The notes under the pieces: generated by a model
What the model saw: the letters and a program-made list of their open reading frames with translations, nothing else
The model's database searches: none
Told to the model about the DNA's origin: nothing
Assembly (NCBI GenBank): GCA_964016885.1
Contig: OZ024740.1
Span: 241,428,001 to 241,492,000, forward strand
Reading direction: 5' to 3'
Length of the DNA stretch: 64,000 bases
From: Eledone cirrhosa
Taxonomy: Eukaryota
Program-made: the position numbers and the translations under genes
In this document: positions 55,906 to 64,000 of the stretch, in pieces
How positions within the stretch are numbered: the stretch's first letter is position 1
Layout of the letters: every line of letters starts with the position of its first letter

Positions 55906-56504
55906 CATTATAAACAACTAATAATTGCAAATTATCTCTAATAATAATACATATGCTATTATTAAAATATATATAGATATTTATATATTTAACCCACTAC
56001 AATATTATAATAAGATAAATACATAATTCTCCAAAGATATACATAATATAGGTAAATATTCAAATTTTTCTTTTCCCCCAAATTAACGTATATAAGTGGT
56101 CCTCTTTTTGTTTTTCCTTTTTCTTTTTTCTTTCTTTCTTTCCTACTAATATATATATATACTTTCCATACCGTTTAAAATGACGGTTTTTTAATCATAT
56201 AACTCAACCTCATTTACATATTCATTTGTATACTCATCCTAACAATTTTGGAAAATCCGTTCTTTAAACTCACTATCCAAGGGAATTTCAACTGATAAAG
56301 TATGTTTCCTTGGCTATGGCGAAATTTATAAAACACACTTTGTAGTTTATGTGAGCATAGCGTACCAAAGTTTTTGGTACCCTTGAAATATATATAATAG
56401 AATAAATATGGTTTTATAATTATTCCAGAATACTGTCGAGTGCTCTGAATCAGCTATAAACATTTATATTTGTTGAATTTCCAACAAATTAAATATCCCT
56501 TCTA

Positions 56505-56515
56505 CTTATATATAT

Positions 56516-56561
<46 letters not shown>

Positions 56562-56605
56562 ATATATATATATATATATACAATATATATATATATATAT
56601 ATACA

Positions 56606-56698
<93 letters not shown>

Positions 56699-56713
56699 AT
56701 ATATATATATACA

Positions 56714-56744
<31 letters not shown>

Positions 56745-56766
56745 ATATATATATATATATATATAT

Positions 56767-56864
<98 letters not shown>

Positions 56865-56884
56865 ATATATATATATATATATAT

Positions 56885-56957
<73 letters not shown>

Positions 56958-57023
56958 ATATATATATATATATACAATATATATATATATATATATATAC
57001 AATATATATATATATATATATAT

Positions 57024-57063
<40 letters not shown>

Positions 57064-57264
57064 ATATATATATATATATACAATATATATATATATATAT
57101 ACAATATATATATATATATATATACAATATATATATATATATATACAATATATATATATATATATATACAATATATATATATATATATATACAATATATA
57201 TATATATATATATATATACAATATATATATATATATATATACAAATATATATATATATATATAT

Positions 57265-57310
<46 letters not shown>

Positions 57311-57475
57311 CAATATATATATATACAATATATATATTATATTTATATATATATATATACAATATATATATATACAATATATATATATATATATATATAA
57401 TATATATATATACAATATATATAATATATATATATATATATACAATATATATATATTTATATATATATATATACA

Positions 57476-57506
<31 letters not shown>

Positions 57507-57535
57507 CAATATATATATATATATATATATATAAT
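56505..57535. repeat. Compound (TA)n array punctuated by CAA. Similar arrays at 7172-7593, 45750-46278, 48233-48765, 53253-53492, 58840-59350, 59926-60532, 60985-62766 and 63141-63800
   Basis: Directly visible low-complexity sequence. Confidence 0.95.
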
Positions 57536-58191
57536 GTAGTTTTATTATAGAACAATAAAACTATGCATATATCAGATAAGTAGCACTCAACAGCTGATAG
57601 AACTGGAGTATATATATAGAAGAAATTAAAAGATGGTTAAAAAAGTTCCATATATTTTATTATGCGCATTTCAAATAAATAAATAATTGTTTCTACTTTT
57701 GGCACAAGCCAACAATTATCCCAGTGTATTACTGGTACTTTATTTTATCGACCCCGTAAGGATGAAAGGCAAAGTTAACCTCGGCGGGATTTAAACTCAG
57801 ATCATAAAGGGCCATAACGCTATACTGCAAAGCATGGTGGCCGACCCTCTACGGATACTGCCAATATATACCTAGTTTATATATTTGTAATCTAAGCACA
57901 TAAACGTCATCAATTTATTTATTTATTTATATTTTTTAGCCGTTATTCACAGCTGGTTTTCATTTTTGACAGCGTTTCCCGATCAAAAGTCTCTCTCTCT
58001 CCTTTCTCTTTCTCTCTCCTCCTTCCTTCTTAATTTTTCCACCGTTATTTTCTCCTTCTCTCTTATGTATTTTTCCTTTTCCCTCTTCCTTCTTTTTTCA
58101 AATCTTCTCTCTCCTTTTATATTTTTTTGTCATATGTTGACTGAACACTTTCTTCTCCACAAGTGTTTTTAGGCATCATATCATGTTACCT

Positions 58192-58262
58192 TATTTTATC
58201 TGATGAGAACGCAATTATCGACCCAGGATGATATTTGTTTTTGAAATGCGCATAATAAAATA
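58192..58262 (+). ncRNA. Type I hammerhead ribozyme (family A-related); inverted half-copy at about 57641-57675
   Basis: Stem I tattttat/ataaaata. CTGATGA 58200-58206. GAAA 58243-58246. Palindromic stem III ATGCGCAT. AUA site. Confidence 0.8.
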
Positions 58263-58298
58263 TATGGAACTTTATCAATTTTCACCTTCATATAATTT

Positions 58299-58351
<53 letters not shown>

Positions 58352-58671
58352 AAATTTCGGCTGAATACAAAAAATGTAATCTGAGTTTTTCGAATATTCA
58401 TAATTGTTTCTACGTTAGGCACAAGGCCAGCAATTACCCAGTGCATTATTGGTACTTTATTTTATCGACCCCGTAAGGATGAAAGGCAAAGTTAACCTTG
58501 GCGATTCATAATAACATTCGATTCGTTTGCAATTTTGTGCTCTGTTCGCATGCCACCACAAGGGCAAGAATGAAGTGTTCATTCTACTGACATAGCTATG
58601 AAATTGAGGCTTGTTTGCAAAATTGAAAACGAATCGAAAGTTATTATTAATATTCGAAAAACACAGATTAC

Positions 58672-58709
<38 letters not shown>

Positions 58710-58837
58710 ATAATAATAAATTTGAAGACTAAAATCCAAAGAGGGCTCGATAAGGATAAATATATATCAAATATATAAGAACCGTAGAGCAAATATTTAT
58801 TAAATTAACAGATTAAAGTTTAAGCAAAGAATCACTG

Positions 58838-58911
<74 letters not shown>

Positions 58912-58958
58912 ATATATATATATAATATATATATATATAATATATATATATATAATAT

Positions 58959-59009
<51 letters not shown>

Positions 59010-59074
59010 TATATATAATATATATATATATAATATATATATATATAATATATATATATATATATACAATATAT

Positions 59075-59106
<32 letters not shown>

Positions 59107-59308
59107 CAATATATATATATAATATATATATATATAATATATAATATATATATATATAATATATATATATATAATATATATATATATAATATATATATAT
59201 ATAATATATAATATATATAATATATATATATATAATATATATATATATAATATATATATATATATATAATATATTATATATATATATAATATATTATATA
59301 TATATATA

Positions 59309-59352
<44 letters not shown>

Positions 59353-59553
59353 GAAACACACAGATACATGCGGACACACACATATACATGAATGCATCCG
59401 CACCCAACCGTGAGTTAAGGGTGCCAACTTCACCGATGTTGCTCAATGAATGACTGGGACAGACCAATCCGGTTGAACCAGACTGAACCAGTATCAGAGT
59501 TAAAAATACATTATGAAGAGAGAAGAAACATTTAGATATAATTAGTAATAAAA

Positions 59554-59900
59554 TGTATCATAGCTAAACTGCTCCTAGATTCCTCGACTACGTAGTTTCG
59601 TGGCATAAACAAAAACAATACATCATAAAGATATAGAGTCCTTGCGAGGTCTGCCGACTTATCAAGAGGATACCTCATTTTATTAGTCTCAAGAACGCGT
59701 CTACACGACGTGAGAAAGAATCCCAAAAGGCGGAGGGGGAGACAGTCACGCGATATAACGGTCGAGAAACAGAGCTAAGCCTCTTATAATCCCGAAGAAA
59801 ATACCACGGAGGCGGAGGGGGTATTTATATCGAAGCCGTAGAAGAGGTGGTGAAGGGGGCGAGAAGTATGAGTAATGGAAGCTTTCCAGCAGTCCCCACA
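59554..59900 (-). mobile_element. Possible solo-LTR-like fragment
   Basis: More GC-rich than its flanks. TGT...ACA ends, with TATAAATA followed about 140 nt later by AATAAA on the minus strand. No TSD seen. Confidence 0.25.
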
Positions 59901-59925
59901 CCTCAAAGATTGCTCGACCAGAGGG

Positions 59926-59958
<33 letters not shown>

Positions 59959-59967
59959 AATATATAC

Positions 59968-60050
<83 letters not shown>

Positions 60051-60087
60051 TGTATATATTCATATATATATATATATACATATATGT

Positions 60088-60136
<49 letters not shown>

Positions 60137-60265
60137 AATATATACATATCTATATATATACACATATATATATATATTCATATATATATATATATATAAA
60201 TATATACATATCTATATATATACACATATATATATATATTCATATATATATATATACATATATGT

Positions 60266-60310
<45 letters not shown>

Positions 60311-60335
60311 AATATATACATATCTATATATATAC

Positions 60336-60414
<79 letters not shown>

Positions 60415-60425
60415 CATATATATAC

Positions 60426-60490
<65 letters not shown>

Positions 60491-60501
60491 CATATATATA
60501 C

Positions 60502-60532
<31 letters not shown>

Positions 60533-60534
<2 letters not shown>

Positions 60535-60895
60535 CGATATTAATAAATGGAAACTATATTTATAAAACCATATTTATTTCATTATACATATTTCAGGGAT
60601 ACCAAATTAAAATATGGTATGCCTTCATCAGACAAAATACAATATATAAACAGTTTTATAAATAATGTTGACGTACCCTATTAAATGCAACCATTATTTT
60701 TGGAAGCTGTCTGGATAGCATCCAAAAATAATGGTTGCATTTAATAGGGTACGTCAAAATTATTTATAAAACTGTTTATGACATTGTATTTTGTCTGATG
60801 AAGGCATACCATATTTTAATTTGGTATCCCTGAAATATGTATAATGAAATAAATATGGTTTTATAAATATAGTTTCCATTTATTAATATCGTATA
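60533..60895. mobile_element. ~360-bp near-perfect palindrome with a complete hammerhead on each strand (60575-60639 minus, 60787-60851 plus)
   Basis: Arms of about 175 bp, apex near 60712. CTGATGA-aggcatacca/tggtatccct-GAAA-tatgtata. Confidence 0.88.
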
Positions 60896-61037
60896 TCTAC
60901 TCGAAAAACTTGTCGAGTGCTTTATATCAGTTATAAAATATTTACTTGTTGTATCCCAACAATTTTTAAATTGAACTTTTGCATATATACATATATATAT
61001 AAATATATATATATAATTATATTATATATATATATAT

Positions 61038-61074
<37 letters not shown>

Positions 61075-61355
61075 AATATATATATACAATTATATATATA
61101 AATATATATACAATATATAATATATATATAATATATTAATATATATATATAAATCAAATAATATATATATATATACAATATATATATATATAATATATAC
61201 ATATATATTAAAATATATACATATATATATATTACTTATATTATATAACAATATATATATATAATATATAATATAAATTATAATATATATATACATATAT
61301 TTATATATACAATATATTATATATATATATATACTATATACATATATTTATATAT

Positions 61356-61394
<39 letters not shown>

Positions 61395-61470
61395 CATATA
61401 TAACATATATTTTATATACAATATATATATATATAATATATATACATATATACATATATTTATATATACA

Positions 61471-61503
<33 letters not shown>

Positions 61504-61521
61504 TAATATATTTATATAACA

Positions 61522-61552
<31 letters not shown>

Positions 61553-61871
61553 TACATATATTTATATATACATATATATATATATATAATATATAATATA
61601 CATATATACATATATTTATATATACAATATATATATATATATATATATACATACATACATATATATATATATACATACATATATTTATATATACAATATA
61701 TATATATATATTATACATATATATATATACATATATTTATATATACAATATATATATATAAAAAATATATACATATATATATATATTTATATATACAATA
61801 TATATATATTATATATATACAATATATATATATATATATATATACAATATATATATTATATATAAATATAT

Positions 61872-61935
<64 letters not shown>

Positions 61936-62415
61936 CAATATATATATAAATATACAATATATATATATATATTATAATATATATACATATATATTATATA
62001 CATATATATATATACATATTATACATATACAATATATATATACATATATATATATACATATATATAATACATATATATATATACATATATAATATACATA
62101 TATATATACATATATATATATATATGTTAATATATATATATAATATATTATATATATACATATATATATATATATATACATATATACATATATATATATA
62201 CATGTATATATATATAATATACAATATATATATATAAATATACATATATATTATATATATATATATCTATATATATATATATATATAAATACAATATATG
62301 TATATATATACATATATATTATATATATATATTAATATATATATTATATATATTATATATAAATATATATATTATATATAATATATATATACAATATATG
62401 TATATAAATATATAC

Positions 62416-62446
<31 letters not shown>

Positions 62447-62458
62447 ATACAATATATG

Positions 62459-62506
<48 letters not shown>

Positions 62507-62673
62507 CAATATATATATATACAATATATATATACATATTTATATATATACAATATATATATATAACAATATATATATATATATATACATATATAATATA
62601 TACATATATACATATATATATATACATATTATACTTATATACATATATATATATATACATATATATAATATAC

Positions 62674-62722
<49 letters not shown>

Positions 62723-62768
62723 CATATATATATTTATACCTATAGTATATATATATATATATATATAG

Positions 62769-63044
62769 AATATATTAATAAATGGAAACTATATTTATAA
62801 AACCATAATTATTTTATTATATATATTTCAAGGGCTACCAAGGTACATTATGGTGCGCTTTCATCAGATAAAATACAGATTTGTTTTATAAAGAAATATT
62901 ATTTATAAAGAAATATTTATTTATAAAACAAATCTGTATTTTATCTGATGAAAGCGCACGATAATTTACCTCGGTCGCCCTTGAAATATATATAATAAAT
63001 ATAATTATGGTTTTATAAATACAGTTTCCATTTATTAATATATT
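62769..63044. mobile_element. ~275-bp palindrome with a family A hammerhead on each strand (62810-62875 minus, 62937-63002 plus)
   Basis: Reverse-complement arms. CTGATGA-aagcgca...gccctt-GAAA-tatatata. Close relative of the copy at 10809. Confidence 0.88.
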
Positions 63045-63137
63045 GTATATTTACTCCAGTAACTTGTTGAATGCTTTATATCAGTTATAAAAAATTTGTT
63101 AAGCTTGTTGAATCACAACAAATTAAATACAACCTCT

Positions 63138-63218
<81 letters not shown>

Positions 63219-63575
63219 ATATATATATATACAATATATATATATACAATATATATATATATATTATATATATATATAATATAATATATATACAATATAT
63301 ATATATATATATATATACAATATATATATAAATACAATATATATATATATATACAATATATATTATATTATATATATACAATATATATATATATATATAT
63401 ATACAATATATATATATATACAATATATATAATATATATACTATATATATATATATATATACTAATATATATTATATATATATATATATACAATATTTAT
63501 ATATATACAATATATATATATATATATACAAATATATATATATATACAATATATTATACATATATATATATATAT

Positions 63576-63616
<41 letters not shown>

Positions 63617-63621
63617 TATAT

Positions 63622-63659
<38 letters not shown>

Positions 63660-63675
63660 ATATATATATATATAT

Positions 63676-63713
<38 letters not shown>

Positions 63714-64000
63714 ATATATATATTTATATATGTATATATATATGTGTGTGAATATGTATATGTGTATATATATGTATATATATATATGTATATATATATG
63801 TGTGTGAATATATATATATGTGTGAATATGAGAACAAACGTGCTGTGTGGTTGCAAATGGGTTACATATGAATAAAGTTAGTCCTTCATCAGTGATCTTC
63901 CAGCCATCATTGTTATTTCATCGCTTTAAAGACCATATACGTCCGGTTGGTGCGAGCAACGGCTAAAGAAAGTCGTTGGGGACACGTAAATAAGAGGAAC

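Noticed and set aside
56285-56405. Family A element with hammerhead remnant
   Set aside because: The core reads CTGATAA (G8 lost without a compensating change at position 3) and stem I is poor. It is a decayed copy, not counted as a ribozyme.

Overview
AT-rich, microsatellite-saturated animal genomic DNA. The SINE families and the repeat landscape suggest a coleoid cephalopod (octopus-like); this is an inference. Seven minus-strand exons (38432 down to 15480; 885 nt, 295 aa in one frame) encode the last Ig domain and FN3 domains 1-3 of a contactin-like neural adhesion protein. One of its splice donors reads AG|ATGAGT instead of AG|GTGAGT. The rest is mostly transposable elements: RTE, CR1-like and R4/Dong LINEs, four Penelope-like (GIY-YIG) element fragments of three sequence types, two tRNA-derived SINE families and MITEs. 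The main hidden signal is about 15 minimal type-I hammerhead ribozyme motifs (CUGANGA...GAAA...NUH, most with a palindromic stem III) from several families. They sit in short non-coding fold-back or tandem elements lodged in (TA)n tracts. Notable cases are a 430-bp tandem retrozyme-like unit, a U3-A8 compensatory core variant, and a ribozyme with a SINE fragment in loop II. Most long ORFs in the supplied track are microsatellite artefacts.
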